A model generated the notes under the pieces. That model ran no database searches and was not told the DNA's origin. It saw only the letters and a program-made list of their open reading frames with translations. 51,911 nt of DNA from an uncultured Candidatus Saccharibacteria bacterium (GTDB lineage Bacteria > Patescibacteriota > Minisyncoccia > Phycocordibacterales > DATDWN01). Positions 26,268-35,986 of this stretch are shown here, in pieces; within the stretch, counting starts at the first letter, position 1, and each line of letters starts with the position of its first letter. The stretch covers positions 1 through 51,911 of the forward strand of contig CAYVNM010000006.1 of NCBI GenBank assembly GCA_964453075.1, in the 5' to 3' direction. The translations under genes and the position numbers were made by a program.

Positions 26268-26525
26268 ATGTATTTCAAATCAAAAAAGATCTCACTCCTA
26301 ATACTGGGTATAACATCCATCATTTGCTCCAGGATAATGCTCGTATCTTTCAACGATCCTGAAGGTCCAAACTTATTAATAATTTCAGTAATGGCACTAG
26401 TTATTTATTTTCCGTCCCTAGCAGTGTATTGGTTAGACCTTTCAATCACAGGTCTAAAGAGACTTTTGTTGGCAATCTCCATTCAAGTAATAATAGTTAC
26501 TGTTTTGTATTTTTTCCTGAGATAA
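26268..26525 (+). CDS. hypothetical small polytopic membrane protein
   Basis: 85 aa, AT-rich, three hydrophobic segments. Confidence 0.4.
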   Translation: MYFKSKKISLLILGITSIICSRIMLVSFNDPEGPNLLIISVMALVIYFPSLAVYWLDLSITGLKRLLLAISIQVIIVTVLYFFLR

Positions 26526-26527
26526 TT

Positions 26528-27028
26528 TTATTTTATAGAAAAACACTGTTCTGTACTGTAGTTGGAATCAACTAATAATGTGTGGTCTAGAGCTCCGTCT
26601 TCACGTGCGTGAAAACTCAATGTCTGGGCAGCGCTCCGAGCAACAGTGGCTATATTGCCTGATGGGTATAGAGCAACCGCCAGAGGGCCAGAAGCGATGG
26701 CGCCAGTTTTTGTCTTGCCTTTGAATGAGAAGCCTGTTGCGTTTCGATAGGTGATTTCGCAGTTGTTGCCGGATGCTGTGTCAGTAATAGTAACAGGGCC
26801 GAAATCTGCAAGTGCGTTTGCGGGGCAGATATATGCGTCGTTGGGTTGTTTGGTGCAAAGAGTGAGATCTATAGCAGGTGCACCGGCAGTTTTGCCGGAA
26901 GGAGCGGAGGAAGTAGTCTGTTCTGTGTCTGATGTTTGAGGGTCACTCGGAGCTTTATTGCCTATGAGTGCAAAACTAGTAATTGCGACGATGATAATGG
27001 CTACAATCCAAATTATTTTATTTTTCAT
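26528..27028 (-). CDS. hypothetical secreted/membrane-anchored protein (borderline GC-rich)
   Basis: Start at MKNKIIWIVAIIIVAITSFALIG (signal/TM). Ser/Thr/Pro linker, then a Cys-containing domain. No clear SD. Confidence 0.45.
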   Translation of the reverse strand: MKNKIIWIVAIIIVAITSFALIGNKAPSDPQTSDTEQTTSSAPSGKTAGAPAIDLTLCTKQPNDAYICPANALADFGPVTITDTASGNNCEITYRNATGFSFKGKTKTGAIASGPLAVALYPSGNIATVARSAAQTLSFHAREDGALDHTLLVDSNYSTEQCFSIK

Positions 27029-27121
27029 ATAAATATATATTACATTGTCTGGTATTAGCCAGCAATCTCCTCGCTGTTTCGTATCCTTTAAAATCATGTG
27101 TAAAACTGGTATATTGTGGAT

Positions 27122-27538
27122 ATGAAAATCTTTATTATTTGTAGTAAAAAGTTCTATGACAAAATACCTGAAGTCCAGAAAACACTGGAAGATAATGGGC
27201 ATAAGATAACTTTGCCTAATTGTTATGATGACCCATCAACAGAGGAAAGATATAGAAATCTGGGAGTAGAAGAACATTCCAAATGGAAATCTGAAATGTT
27301 AAAACATAGCACTGATGTTATTGAAAATAATGATGCTGTTTTGGTTTTGAATTTTGATAAACATGGAATGAAAAATTATATTGGAGGGGCCACATTTTTG
27401 GAAATGTACGATGCTTTCAGATTAGGTAAGAAAATTTTTCTTTATAACGATGTTCCAGAAGGGATTCTGACTGATGAAATTGTTGGTTTTGGTCCATTTG
27501 TTATTAATGGAGATTTACAAAAAATAGATATGTTATAA
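27122..27538 (+). CDS. nucleoside 2-deoxyribosyltransferase-like protein
   Basis: MKIFIICS.., ..AVLVLN.......YIGGATFLEMYDAFRLGKKIFL, a pattern typical of that flavodoxin-like family. Tentative. Confidence 0.45.
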   Translation: MKIFIICSKKFYDKIPEVQKTLEDNGHKITLPNCYDDPSTEERYRNLGVEEHSKWKSEMLKHSTDVIENNDAVLVLNFDKHGMKNYIGGATFLEMYDAFRLGKKIFLYNDVPEGILTDEIVGFGPFVINGDLQKIDML

Positions 27539-27548
27539 TAGTCCTACT

Positions 27549-27941
27549 ATGAATAAAGTCACACATTTTGAATTTCCATGGGACGACAAAGATCGAGCCC
27601 AATCATTTTATAAAAACGTTTTTGAGTGGAAACCTTTTGAGTGGGAGCAGTTTGGTTATACCAGCTGGCAAACCGGTCCAGTAAATGAAAAAATGCAACC
27701 AACTGAACCAGGTTTTATAAATGGTGGGTCTAGTAAACGTGATGCTAGTATGCCGTATCCAATGTTTTATGTTGATGTAGATGATATTGATTTAACCTTG
27801 AATAAAATTGTTGAAAATGGTGGCAGTGTGGTTAAAGGTAAAACTCCACTAGGGGAAAATGGCTCAATGGGATTCCTAGCTTGGTTCAAGGATTCCGAAG
27901 GAAATATTCTAGGCTTGTCCCAATACAAAAAAGCAGAATAA
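27549..27941 (+). CDS. VOC/glyoxalase-family protein
   Basis: 130 aa. HFEFP...D..RAQSFYKNVF.W, ..GGSVV.....G..G....F.DSEGN.LGL. Confidence 0.7.
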   Translation: MNKVTHFEFPWDDKDRAQSFYKNVFEWKPFEWEQFGYTSWQTGPVNEKMQPTEPGFINGGSSKRDASMPYPMFYVDVDDIDLTLNKIVENGGSVVKGKTPLGENGSMGFLAWFKDSEGNILGLSQYKKAE

Positions 27942-27949
27942 GTAATTTC

Positions 27950-28327
27950 ATGCAGATGAGGACATACAAAAATATTGATGAATACATCAAAAATATTCCG
28001 AAGAGTTCAGTTCCAAAAATAAAAGAAATAAGATTATTGGCTAAAAAGCTTATTCCTAAAGGAGAAGAAACAATAAAATATGGAATGCCAACTATAGAAC
28101 TAAACGGAAAAAATTTTATTCATTTTGCTGCAATGAAGGGGCATTTAGGTTTCTATCCAACACCGTCTGGAGTAGCGTCTTTTGAAAATGATCTCAAAAA
28201 ACAAGGCCTGGATTTTTCAAAGGGTTGCATTAGATTTTCTTATGAAAAACCACTTCCAATTTCTCTTGTCACAAAAATAATCAAATTCAGGTTGAAGGAA
28301 GAAAAAACAAAGAACAAAATAAGATAA
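27950..28327 (+). CDS. DUF1801 (YdhG-like) domain protein
   Basis: IDEYI...P......I.EIR.L......GEE.IKYGMPT....GKNFIHFAA.K.HLGFYP pattern. Start at ATG 27950. Confidence 0.6.
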   Translation: MQMRTYKNIDEYIKNIPKSSVPKIKEIRLLAKKLIPKGEETIKYGMPTIELNGKNFIHFAAMKGHLGFYPTPSGVASFENDLKKQGLDFSKGCIRFSYEKPLPISLVTKIIKFRLKEEKTKNKIR

Positions 28328-28336
28328 AATACAGGT

Positions 28337-29140
28337 ATGAAAGAAGTAGAGATGAGTCATAGTTCTATAGAATCGGTTGAGGCAGATATACCTCAAGTGA
28401 ATTTTGAGTTGGCCGATATGGAACTGGAAGCAGAATTGTTTGATGATTTTATCAAGCGTAACAATTGGCCACATATTTTTGCAAAACATCAGGAATTGGT
28501 TGATCTGTTAAATGGTGTAGAAGATAAGGAAAAAAGAAAAGCAATATGTTTGGAGTATGTTAGAAAACTTAGATCTGAACACGAGGCAGAGATGGAAACA
28601 TTTTCAGAGGAAATTAAAAATGAATGGGACAAGATCAATGAAAAATTTTTGGAAATACTATCAGTGCATTTTGGGACAGATTGGCCAGCAGAAGAAAAAA
28701 TAACGGGGTATGTGTCTACTCTTCCTATACATCCCCGTTTTATTGATAAGAACTCATTTTTTATTGGTTATGAAAATCTATCTGCTATGATAGAAACATC
28801 TGCTCATGAAATAGTTCATTTTCTCTGGTTTAAAAAGTGGAAAGAAGTTTTTCCTGAAGTTGAAAGAAGGGAGTATGAAAGACCAAATTTGGTTTGGAAA
28901 TTGAGTGAAATAATGGACCCAATAATATTACAATGTCATCCAGAAATTAAAGAAATGATCAAACCAAAGCAGTGGGGATACAAGACATTTGTTACAAAAA
29001 AAATCGGTGATATGGGAATGGTTGAATATTTTAAAAAAATTTATTTAGACAGCGTTTCTTCTGGAGACTCTTTTGATGTTACTTTAAAGAAGCTTTGGGA
29101 AGAAGCTAAATTACATGAAGCAGAAATAGGAGATATATAA
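28337..29140 (+). CDS. hypothetical protein with HExxH motif
   Basis: 267 aa. TSAHEIVHFLWF suggests a zinc-metallopeptidase-like site. Otherwise unrecognised. Confidence 0.45.
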   Translation: MKEVEMSHSSIESVEADIPQVNFELADMELEAELFDDFIKRNNWPHIFAKHQELVDLLNGVEDKEKRKAICLEYVRKLRSEHEAEMETFSEEIKNEWDKINEKFLEILSVHFGTDWPAEEKITGYVSTLPIHPRFIDKNSFFIGYENLSAMIETSAHEIVHFLWFKKWKEVFPEVERREYERPNLVWKLSEIMDPIILQCHPEIKEMIKPKQWGYKTFVTKKIGDMGMVEYFKKIYLDSVSSGDSFDVTLKKLWEEAKLHEAEIGDI

Positions 29141-29154
29141 TTTTGATATCAAAT

Positions 29155-29667
29155 ATGGAAAAATTTAGTTCAATTGAATTTCCTAATATTGCTTCCGAGA
29201 TTATTCGGATGTATGAAATAGACCAAGATATGCGGGAAAAAAATTTGCAAAATGATTACTGGGACGAAGAAGTAGATAGAAAAAACACAAAAAGAATGAA
29301 AGAAATAGTAAATGAGATTGGGTGGCCCAGTATATCAAGAGTTGGTAGTGAAGCGTCTATGTCGGCTTGGCTCTTGGTTCAGCATGCAGATCACGATGTT
29401 GAATTCCAGTCTCACTGCTTGACCTTGATGAAAGATTTACCAGAAGGAGAGGTGGGATCTGAAAATATAGCCATGCTCACTGATAGGGTAATGATTAATC
29501 AAGGGAAACCTCAGGTTTACGGTACTCAATTTAAACAAGTAAATGGAGCACATGTTCCAAAAGATATTGAAGATATTGAACATGTAGATGAAAGACGAAA
29601 ATCTATGGGATTGGACACTTTGGAGGAAAATATTAACCGAATTAAATTAAAGTATCCTTTAAAATAA
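29155..29667 (+). CDS. hypothetical protein
   Basis: About 170 aa, AT-rich, no motif recognised with confidence. Start taken at the first ATG (29155). Confidence 0.45.
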   Translation: MEKFSSIEFPNIASEIIRMYEIDQDMREKNLQNDYWDEEVDRKNTKRMKEIVNEIGWPSISRVGSEASMSAWLLVQHADHDVEFQSHCLTLMKDLPEGEVGSENIAMLTDRVMINQGKPQVYGTQFKQVNGAHVPKDIEDIEHVDERRKSMGLDTLEENINRIKLKYPLK

Positions 29668-29785
29668 TAGATAAAACCATCTTTATTTCAACAGGAATCT
29701 CAGTGTGGAGACCACCCTTATTTTTTGTAATAAATCAAAAGGCGGTGAAACTTTCGTCCCACCGCCTCACTATCTCCACTCTATC

Positions 29786-30046
29786 TCAGAACAGCCTTCG
29801 GAGACACTCTGACCAGATTCTGAGGTCCTTCATGTCCCTCGGACCAAAGTCCAGCTTCAGGATGTCTTCCTTGGCCTCTTCATCGGAGAGGTTTCCTTCC
29901 CGCCAGCGTTTGTCGATAGCCCCAAGGATGTACGCACTGACGATCTCCACCTCTCTTATCTCGAGATAGAAGTCGATGTTTGGTTGCTCATTCTCGCTCA
30001 GATATTTGCGCGAGAGCTCTTTCAGGGTCTCTTTGTTTGTGTGCAT
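29786..30046 (-). CDS. hypothetical protein (GC-rich cassette C8)
   Basis: Minus-strand TTGATT-17 nt-TATTGT. GGAGAG SD 4 nt before the ATG. 86 aa. Terminator GGCGGTGGGAC-gaaa-GTTTCACCGCC-TTTTGATTT (29741-29768). Confidence 0.55.
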   Translation of the reverse strand: MHTNKETLKELSRKYLSENEQPNIDFYLEIREVEIVSAYILGAIDKRWREGNLSDEEAKEDILKLDFGPRDMKDLRIWSECLRRLF

Positions 30047-30104
30047 TCAGCTCTCCAGTCTGTGTATGACAATACAACACTAATAGAAAAAAATCAAATA
30101 CAGG

Positions 30105-30917
30105 TTATTGTTTTAACAAGTAGCTTACAGATAAAGTGTAAGTGTTTCCAGGAGCTATTAACTCTGGATCAGAAGTCAAACCACCTTTGTCTCTCATCAT
30201 AGGTTCAATACAAATGAAGTCTTTTTCTGGTTGGGACCATATCCATATTTTTTTATATTCGGCAGATGGGTTAATAACTAGAGTTCCTATAGTTGGTATT
30301 TCTATTTCTAAGACAGTAGATGAATCTTTTGTTTTTGGATTATCCACACAGATATATTCTCCATTGGACCAAAGTCCAATTTGTTCTTCTATAAATTTTC
30401 CTCCTTCAAAATTGAATTTGATGTTAGCTTTTTCCTCTCTTGGAACTTTGAAATATGGATGTAAGCCCATAGATAAAGGAAGGTTTTTTGATTGTTCTTT
30501 ATTTTCTACTTTTTCAATTATTGTGAAAGAGTCATTGTCCTCAAATCTGGTTTCGAATGTGAATTGAAAATCAAAAGGAAAAGATTGTTTATTTTTTTCT
30601 TCTGGCAGCAGGGTTTCTATAAAACCACTATCTCTTATTTCAGCTTTCCATTCAGAAGATGTTCTGGCGAATCCGTGTTCCTTTAAATTTGGGAAGTCGG
30701 GACTTTGTACTGGTCCAGCATTTGGAAATAGTATTGGGATACCCCCGTGAACACTAACAGCTGTATTTATAAAAGTTTCTTCTTCCATATATAAAATTTC
30801 TTTGCCTCGAAATTTTAGAGAGGTGATAATACCTCCTCTCTCTGGACAAAATGAAACCTCATTCCCGTTGTCTATTTTTATAGTTTCTATTTTTAGGTTG
30901 TTATTTTCGTTTGTCAT
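30105..30917 (-). CDS. aldose 1-epimerase (galactose mutarotase-like) family protein
   Basis: ERGG.I.SL...G.E.L, HGGIPILFPN.G, HGFAR, GLHPYF. Start at ATG 30917, which straddles the end of the 109-nt repeat. Confidence 0.7.
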   Translation of the reverse strand: MTNENNNLKIETIKIDNGNEVSFCPERGGIITSLKFRGKEILYMEEETFINTAVSVHGGIPILFPNAGPVQSPDFPNLKEHGFARTSSEWKAEIRDSGFIETLLPEEKNKQSFPFDFQFTFETRFEDNDSFTIIEKVENKEQSKNLPLSMGLHPYFKVPREEKANIKFNFEGGKFIEEQIGLWSNGEYICVDNPKTKDSSTVLEIEIPTIGTLVINPSAEYKKIWIWSQPEKDFICIEPMMRDKGGLTSDPELIAPGNTYTLSVSYLLKQ

Positions 30918-31024
30918 CCCGTTAGAGATAGGTCTCACCATAGTTCGCATAATGATTCCTACCGAAATTAATTTATAATATTACAATTACCACCTTGTGA
31001 TTTCCCGTGAATCTCTAACGGGAT
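30916..31024 (-). repeat. 109-nt element with 14-bp terminal inverted repeats, copy 1 (5' leader of the epimerase-family gene)
   Basis: In gene orientation: ATCCCGTTAGAGAT...(18-nt variable)...ATTATAAATTAATTTCG.TAGGAATCAT..GAACTATGGTGAGACCT ATCTCTAACGGGAT|GA. Nearly identical to 39338-39446. Confidence 0.6.
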
Positions 31025-31074
31025 CATATATGTAAAGTATACCAGTTTGGTTTTTAAAATGATAAAATGGTTAT

Positions 31075-31785
31075 GTGGATGAAATAAACAAACAGAAAAA
31101 TAACATTCCTTTCTATAAGGTTCTAGGGGAAATAACGGCTATCTGGACGCTTGTTAATATAGGATATTACTTGGTTTTACCAATGTTTGGTTTTGAATTG
31201 AGCTACAATTCATCCCCGATAGCAATTTCTGTTTACTTTACTGTATGGGCAATAATTACTATCTTTAATTTTTGGGGTTTGTATAGAAAATGGTTTGATA
31301 AACATTTGCATATTTGGTTATATGGTGGTTTATCCATAGTTTCCGCGGGATTAATCTGGGGTTTAATCTATTTGTTTTCACAATTTTCTATACCGAGCGG
31401 ACCCTTACTTTCTCCATATACAGATATATTGTTTGCTACTACTTGGTATTTTTTACCGAAAGCATTAGAGATTTTAATTCAACAGTTACTAGTAACTGTT
31501 CTTGTGCTAGAACTATTTTTTAGATTTGAATCTATAAAGAAGGTTCTTCTTGGTTACGTATTGTGTTTCGGAGGTGCTCATGTGGTTCTGTATCTTCTTA
31601 ATGGTGCGCCTCTACCTTACTCTATGATTATGACAGGTGGGGCTTTTGTGTCCTCTCTCATTTTTCCATTTTTAATTCTCAGGGTTAGAGGGGGATTTGT
31701 TTATGCCTATATGATTCACTTTATTTTTTATGTTATTTTAGCAATGCTTTTGCATGCTTGGCCTCCTCCTGGTTATGTGATTTAG
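31075..31785 (+). CDS. polytopic membrane protein (possibly CPBP-like)
   Basis: About 7 hydrophobic segments. LELFFRF and FGGAH loosely recall CPBP motifs. GTG start as given by the track. Confidence 0.4.
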   Translation: MDEINKQKNNIPFYKVLGEITAIWTLVNIGYYLVLPMFGFELSYNSSPIAISVYFTVWAIITIFNFWGLYRKWFDKHLHIWLYGGLSIVSAGLIWGLIYLFSQFSIPSGPLLSPYTDILFATTWYFLPKALEILIQQLLVTVLVLELFFRFESIKKVLLGYVLCFGGAHVVLYLLNGAPLPYSMIMTGGAFVSSLIFPFLILRVRGGFVYAYMIHFIFYVILAMLLHAWPPPGYVI

Positions 31786-31820
31786 GTTTTTGTATGAGAC
31801 TTGTTTTATAATAAGTAGAA

Positions 31821-32423
31821 ATGAATAATAAAATTGAAGAATTAGCTTCCTTAATATTGGATTTTGGAAAAATAGACAGGATTACTTATCATCAAGATGG
31901 TTTATTGCCAGAATCAGATACAGATCATACTGTTATGATTGGAGTATTAGGTTTGTCCATAGCTTCAAAATTATATAAAGATTTGGATCTTGGTTTAATT
32001 GCACAGTTTGCTTTAGTGCATGATTTGGTGGAAGTTCACGCAGGGGATACACCTACTTTGGTTGGTGTGACTACTGATTCAGTCAGAGAAAAAGAAAAAA
32101 GAGAAAGACATGCTCTAGATAAAATAAAAGAAGATTTTGGTGAAGAGTTTAATTGGATACATGAAACTATAGAGAAATATGAAAGGCTGGATACAAAAGA
32201 AGCTAGGTTTGTAAAAACTCTTGATAAAATTTTACCCAAAATAACAGTTGTGTTGAATAAAGCAAAGGCTGTAAATGATAGGAAGTTTGGTACAAAAGAT
32301 AGCGTTAGACAAAATCAACAGAAACAAATAGAACACTTAAGAAGCATTTCTTTTGATATGCCAGAATTACTAGAGATTTGGGAATATTTTAATTCTAAAC
32401 AATTAGAATTTATTATTGATTAA
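31821..32423 (+). CDS. HD-domain phosphohydrolase (YfbR-like)
   Basis: ESDTDHT..., ALVHDLVEVHAGDT: H..HD..D metal-site pattern. Confidence 0.65.
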   Translation: MNNKIEELASLILDFGKIDRITYHQDGLLPESDTDHTVMIGVLGLSIASKLYKDLDLGLIAQFALVHDLVEVHAGDTPTLVGVTTDSVREKEKRERHALDKIKEDFGEEFNWIHETIEKYERLDTKEARFVKTLDKILPKITVVLNKAKAVNDRKFGTKDSVRQNQQKQIEHLRSISFDMPELLEIWEYFNSKQLEFIID

Positions 32424-32481
32424 AAAAAGACGCTGGGAAGAAGATTTCTCTTCCCAACGCCACTGTGTGCGAGGTCGTGAG

Positions 32482-33156
32482 CTACTTGTCTGCAACCTCC
32501 CTCATGTCCTGCTTGGTCAGCCCAAGCTCGTTCGGGCTGAACTGCCAGGCTCGGAGGATGTGTTGGAGGTAACCTCGTGCGTCCCCACTGCCTTCAAGCA
32601 GGCGAGGACGCAGAACTGCAACCTCTTTCCTGGCCATGACCAGTGCTTCGTTGCGTAGCTGGTCAGGACTGACCCTAAATGTGTCAGGTGAAGTGTCCAT
32701 CCTTGAGACGAACTCCAGAAACACTTCAAGACCTTGCAGGTCTTGATCTCGTCTGGCAACGATGAGGAGGTTTGACGCCTCATGCACCATTGCGAGCTGG
32801 ATCTCGTGCTTGAGGTCTGGGTAACTCGTAGACGGAGAGAGCTCATCGAGCCGTCCCAGCAGAACCTCCATCTTACGGAGGTTCTCCTCTATCTGGCTTG
32901 AGTTCCGCTCGTCTCCCTCGAAAACCTCCCTCGTCCATCCTTGGCTTGGTGTGTCCCGCCGCACAAGGTTGAACTGCTTCTCAATCTCCTGGTACTTCTC
33001 GATGACCACCGTGATTTCCTGGGCCTTCTGCTCCAGTCGGGTCATTGTTGTGGTGGCAGAGGAGGGTGTGGCAATATCTTTGGGTTTTTCCGTGAGGTAT
33101 AAACCTCCGAGTGCCATAACGCAGATTGCAATGATGACACCGAGATTTTTCTTCAT
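32482..33156 (-). CDS. hypothetical exported protein (GC-rich cassette C9)
   Basis: Minus-strand TTGACA(33246-33241)-17 nt-TATACT. GGAGG 4 nt before the ATG. Signal-like MKKNLGVIIAICVMALGGLYL. 224 aa. Terminator GGGAAGAG-aaatc-TTCTTCCC followed by TCTTTTTTT. Confidence 0.6.
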   Translation of the reverse strand: MKKNLGVIIAICVMALGGLYLTEKPKDIATPSSATTTMTRLEQKAQEITVVIEKYQEIEKQFNLVRRDTPSQGWTREVFEGDERNSSQIEENLRKMEVLLGRLDELSPSTSYPDLKHEIQLAMVHEASNLLIVARRDQDLQGLEVFLEFVSRMDTSPDTFRVSPDQLRNEALVMARKEVAVLRPRLLEGSGDARGYLQHILRAWQFSPNELGLTKQDMREVADK

Positions 33157-33283
33157 AGTGCCTCCAGAAAGAAACCGTGGGAGAAATTCCCGAAAGTTTC
33201 TTTATGTTCTGGCCAGTAGTATATCATATTTGAGTATATTTGTCAAACAGTAAAAATTTTTAGTGTCTGATATAATTACATAC

Positions 33284-33832
33284 ATGCAAAATAAAAATAT
33301 ATTTTATTTATTATTGGTAGTTGTTATAGTTGGAGCCCTGATTTGGTTTGGATCTTTGAAAAAAGATGTTTCCAATATTATGTCTTTTGAAGATTGTGAA
33401 AAAGCTGGCTATCCTGTTATGGAAAGTCACCCGCGTCAATGTAAAACTCCTGATGGTAGAACTTATGCAGAGGAATTACCAGAAAAAATTACATACATTA
33501 ATTCCTCAGAAGATTTGATAAAAGTTGAGCTTCCTTTTCCAGGGGCGGTGACAGGGAAGGAATTCAGTGTGGTTGGTCAAGCAAGGGGGGTGTGGTTTTT
33601 TGAGGCGTCTTTTCCAATAAAACTTCTTGATAAAGATGGAAATACTCTTGATACGGCGATTGCTCAGGCACAGGGGGATTGGATGACAGAAGATTTTGTT
33701 TTGTTTAAGGCTAATCTAAAAGCACCAGAATCTTATATTGGTCCTGCAACCATAGTTTTAATTAAAGATAATCCATCAGGAATACCTGAAAAGGATGCAT
33801 CCATATCTTTTCCTATAACAGTAGAATACTAG
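33284..33832 (+). CDS. Gmad2 immunoglobulin-like domain protein (exported)
   Basis: N-terminal TM/signal. C-terminal G.V....F.V.G.ARG.WFFEASFP..L.D..G pattern typical of Gmad2/GerM-associated Ig-like domains. Confidence 0.55.
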   Translation: MQNKNIFYLLLVVVIVGALIWFGSLKKDVSNIMSFEDCEKAGYPVMESHPRQCKTPDGRTYAEELPEKITYINSSEDLIKVELPFPGAVTGKEFSVVGQARGVWFFEASFPIKLLDKDGNTLDTAIAQAQGDWMTEDFVLFKANLKAPESYIGPATIVLIKDNPSGIPEKDASISFPITVEY

Positions 33833-33873
33833 AAACTAAAAACCTCGCGTTATGCGAGGTTTTTAGTTTGTAT

Positions 33874-34314
33874 TTAGTTTACTTTAATTGGCTCACCAGA
33901 AGATATTTTACAACCGTTTTGGAACTGATAAGTTGTAGAACATGTTATCTCAAGATAGAGGTCGTTTGTATTTTCTCCTTGGTTTAATGTCCATTTTTCT
34001 TCTCCGTCATTTGGGGTGTCTTCAGCAATAGTTCTCACTAAAACATAAGTTACTGGTGAATCTCCTGTTTTTCTAATAAGGTTTATGTTTACACCGGCAT
34101 CTTTGGGATAGTCAGAAGTTTTCCAAGTAACCACTTTGCCTCCTGAAAGTGTTGCTGCTGCAGTAAGATCTGTATTCAAATCTGATACTGATTCAATAGA
34201 AACTGTGGCTGTGCTTATTAAAGCTTCTTTTTCAGTTGGAGTTGATTTGAAATAGAAAAACCAAATCAAAGCGAGGATCAATACAAGCACTAAACCAATA
34301 ATAAATTTTTTCAT
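33874..34314 (-). CDS. hypothetical exported protein
   Basis: 146 aa, AT-rich, N-terminal TM/signal MKKFIIGLVLVLILALIWFF. Shares the bidirectional hairpin AAAAACCTCGC-gttat-GCGAGGTTTTT with the upstream gene. Confidence 0.5.
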   Translation of the reverse strand: MKKFIIGLVLVLILALIWFFYFKSTPTEKEALISTATVSIESVSDLNTDLTAAATLSGGKVVTWKTSDYPKDAGVNINLIRKTGDSPVTYVLVRTIAEDTPNDGEEKWTLNQGENTNDLYLEITCSTTYQFQNGCKISSGEPIKVN

Positions 34315-34486
34315 AATTTTATTTTAAATATAATAAATCTATATATACTGTATAACTTTTTTGTAAAAAAGCAAGCTGTGCTATGGAAACATATTTTTCT
34401 GTCCAATTTTACAAAAATTATTTGACTATCTACTATAAATTGGTTATGGTTTAATCTGGTGTACGTTAACTAGAAAGGGCTGGGCG

Positions 34487-34804
34487 ATGAGTCGATCTGT
34501 CAGGGCAGAAGGCAAGCTTCCAAAAGGAAGCAAACCAATCCCAGAGGCAATCAGTGCTCTGAAGCACGTCGTGGACCTTCCGGAAGTTCGGAAGGTGGTT
34601 CACGATCGTCCTATGGTTGTCAGGTGCGGCAAGCCGTACTTGGCAGTCAGCGCTGTCTGCAAGGATGGTCTCAGGGTTCGGATTCGTGGTGGTGGCCAGA
34701 TTCAGCACATCTTCGTGAAGTGCGAAAGTCCCATGGTCATCAAGGATCTCATCGAGAGTGCCTGGGCCAGAAGGCGCCCTGGAGCCTTCAGCAAGCGTTC
34801 CTAG
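34487..34804 (+). CDS. hypothetical protein (GC-rich cassette C10)
   Basis: TTGACT(34422)-17 nt-TATGGT(34445). 105 aa basic protein. Terminator ACGACC..GGTCGT-TTTTTTT. Confidence 0.55.
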   Translation: MSRSVRAEGKLPKGSKPIPEAISALKHVVDLPEVRKVVHDRPMVVRCGKPYLAVSAVCKDGLRVRIRGGGQIQHIFVKCESPMVIKDLIESAWARRRPGAFSKRS

Positions 34805-34892
34805 ACGTACAAGAGTCCATTACGACCTCGTTTCACCAAAAGGTGGAGCGGGGTCGTTTTTTTTAATTTCCATTAGTGTATAATTTGTCTAT

Positions 34893-35927
34893 ATGAGCCA
34901 AGATGCATTACAAAAATATTTTTTTATTACAACTTTATTTTTGGTTTCTATTTTAATATTTTTCATCTTCCTGCCTTTCATTGAGGTTCTGGTGTTGTCT
35001 ACGATTTTTGCTATGGTTTTAAGTCCGTTTTATCGTGTGGTTGTTAAGTTCTTGAAGGGTAGAGAAGCTTTGTCGTCTTTTGTTGTGGTATTTTTGTTTG
35101 CTGTAGTCATTATGGTTCCTGTATTTTTTCTGTCTACACAAATTTTGAATGAATCAACAAGTTTGTATTTTCAATTGAGGGATCAAACAGAAATTGATTA
35201 TATTCAAAAAATAACTAATGCCATAGAAAAACCAATACAAGGATTTTATCCGAATTTTTCAATTGATCTAAATCAATATATTGGTATAGGTACTGATCTT
35301 ATAATAAGTCATTTGAGCACGGTTCTTTATAGTTTGTTTAATCTAGTCACGGGAGTGATTTTGATGTTTATATCTATTTATTTTTTCTTGCGCGATGGAT
35401 CAAAATTTAAGAATGTTCTTGTTGGATTAAGTCCAATGGATAATAAATATGATGAATTGATTTTTAATAAGATAAAACAAACCGTTATCTCTACAATCAA
35501 AGGAGTTATTCTGATTGCTATAATTCAAGGTGTTCTTGCTGGAATAGGTATGAAAATTTTTGGTGTTCCGAACGCAACTCTATGGGGTAGTGTTTCAGCG
35601 GTTGCTTCCCTTGTGCCTGGTCTAGGAACTGCAATTATATTTATACCAGCAATAGCTTATATGTTTATTATAGGTAATACACCTTTTGCTATTGGACTTA
35701 TGTTATGGGGAGTATTAATAGTTGGTTTGGTTGATAATTTCCTCGGTCCATACTTATATTCAAAAGGAACAAAAACCCACCAACTCATTATGCTCTTTGC
35801 AGTATTGGGTGGGTTGAGCTTGTTTGGTCCTATAGGATTTATACTTGGACCTATTGTAGTTGCTCTATTTTTCTCACTAATAGAAATTTATCAAAATCTT
35901 ATTTTGAATCAGTCTAAAAATTATTAA
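34893..35927 (+). CDS. AI-2E family transporter (PerM/YhhT-like)
   Basis: 344 aa, about 8 TM segments, with the characteristic size and topology of this family. Confidence 0.7.
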   Translation: MSQDALQKYFFITTLFLVSILIFFIFLPFIEVLVLSTIFAMVLSPFYRVVVKFLKGREALSSFVVVFLFAVVIMVPVFFLSTQILNESTSLYFQLRDQTEIDYIQKITNAIEKPIQGFYPNFSIDLNQYIGIGTDLIISHLSTVLYSLFNLVTGVILMFISIYFFLRDGSKFKNVLVGLSPMDNKYDELIFNKIKQTVISTIKGVILIAIIQGVLAGIGMKIFGVPNATLWGSVSAVASLVPGLGTAIIFIPAIAYMFIIGNTPFAIGLMLWGVLIVGLVDNFLGPYLYSKGTKTHQLIMLFAVLGGLSLFGPIGFILGPIVVALFFSLIEIYQNLILNQSKNY

Positions 35928-35986
35928 TTTTTATATAAAAAAGATCGGGATGGATCTTCTCAGATCCACCCCGGATGAGTGTCGTG

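Noticed and set aside
25808-26353. 181-aa antisense ORF across cassette C6, and other antisense ORFs within GC-rich cassettes (25215-25460, 25642-25839, 25972-26172, 32517-32846, 34466-34708).
   Set aside because: GC-rich DNA is open in many frames. Only the sense frames have promoter, SD and terminator in the right places.
30930-30965. Fluoride (crcB) riboswitch-like string GGTCTCACCATAG...GATGATTCCTA in the 109-nt element.
   Set aside because: The resemblance is on the strand antisense to both downstream genes and lacks the paired GGCGATG..CGCC stems. There is no crcB-type gene nearby.
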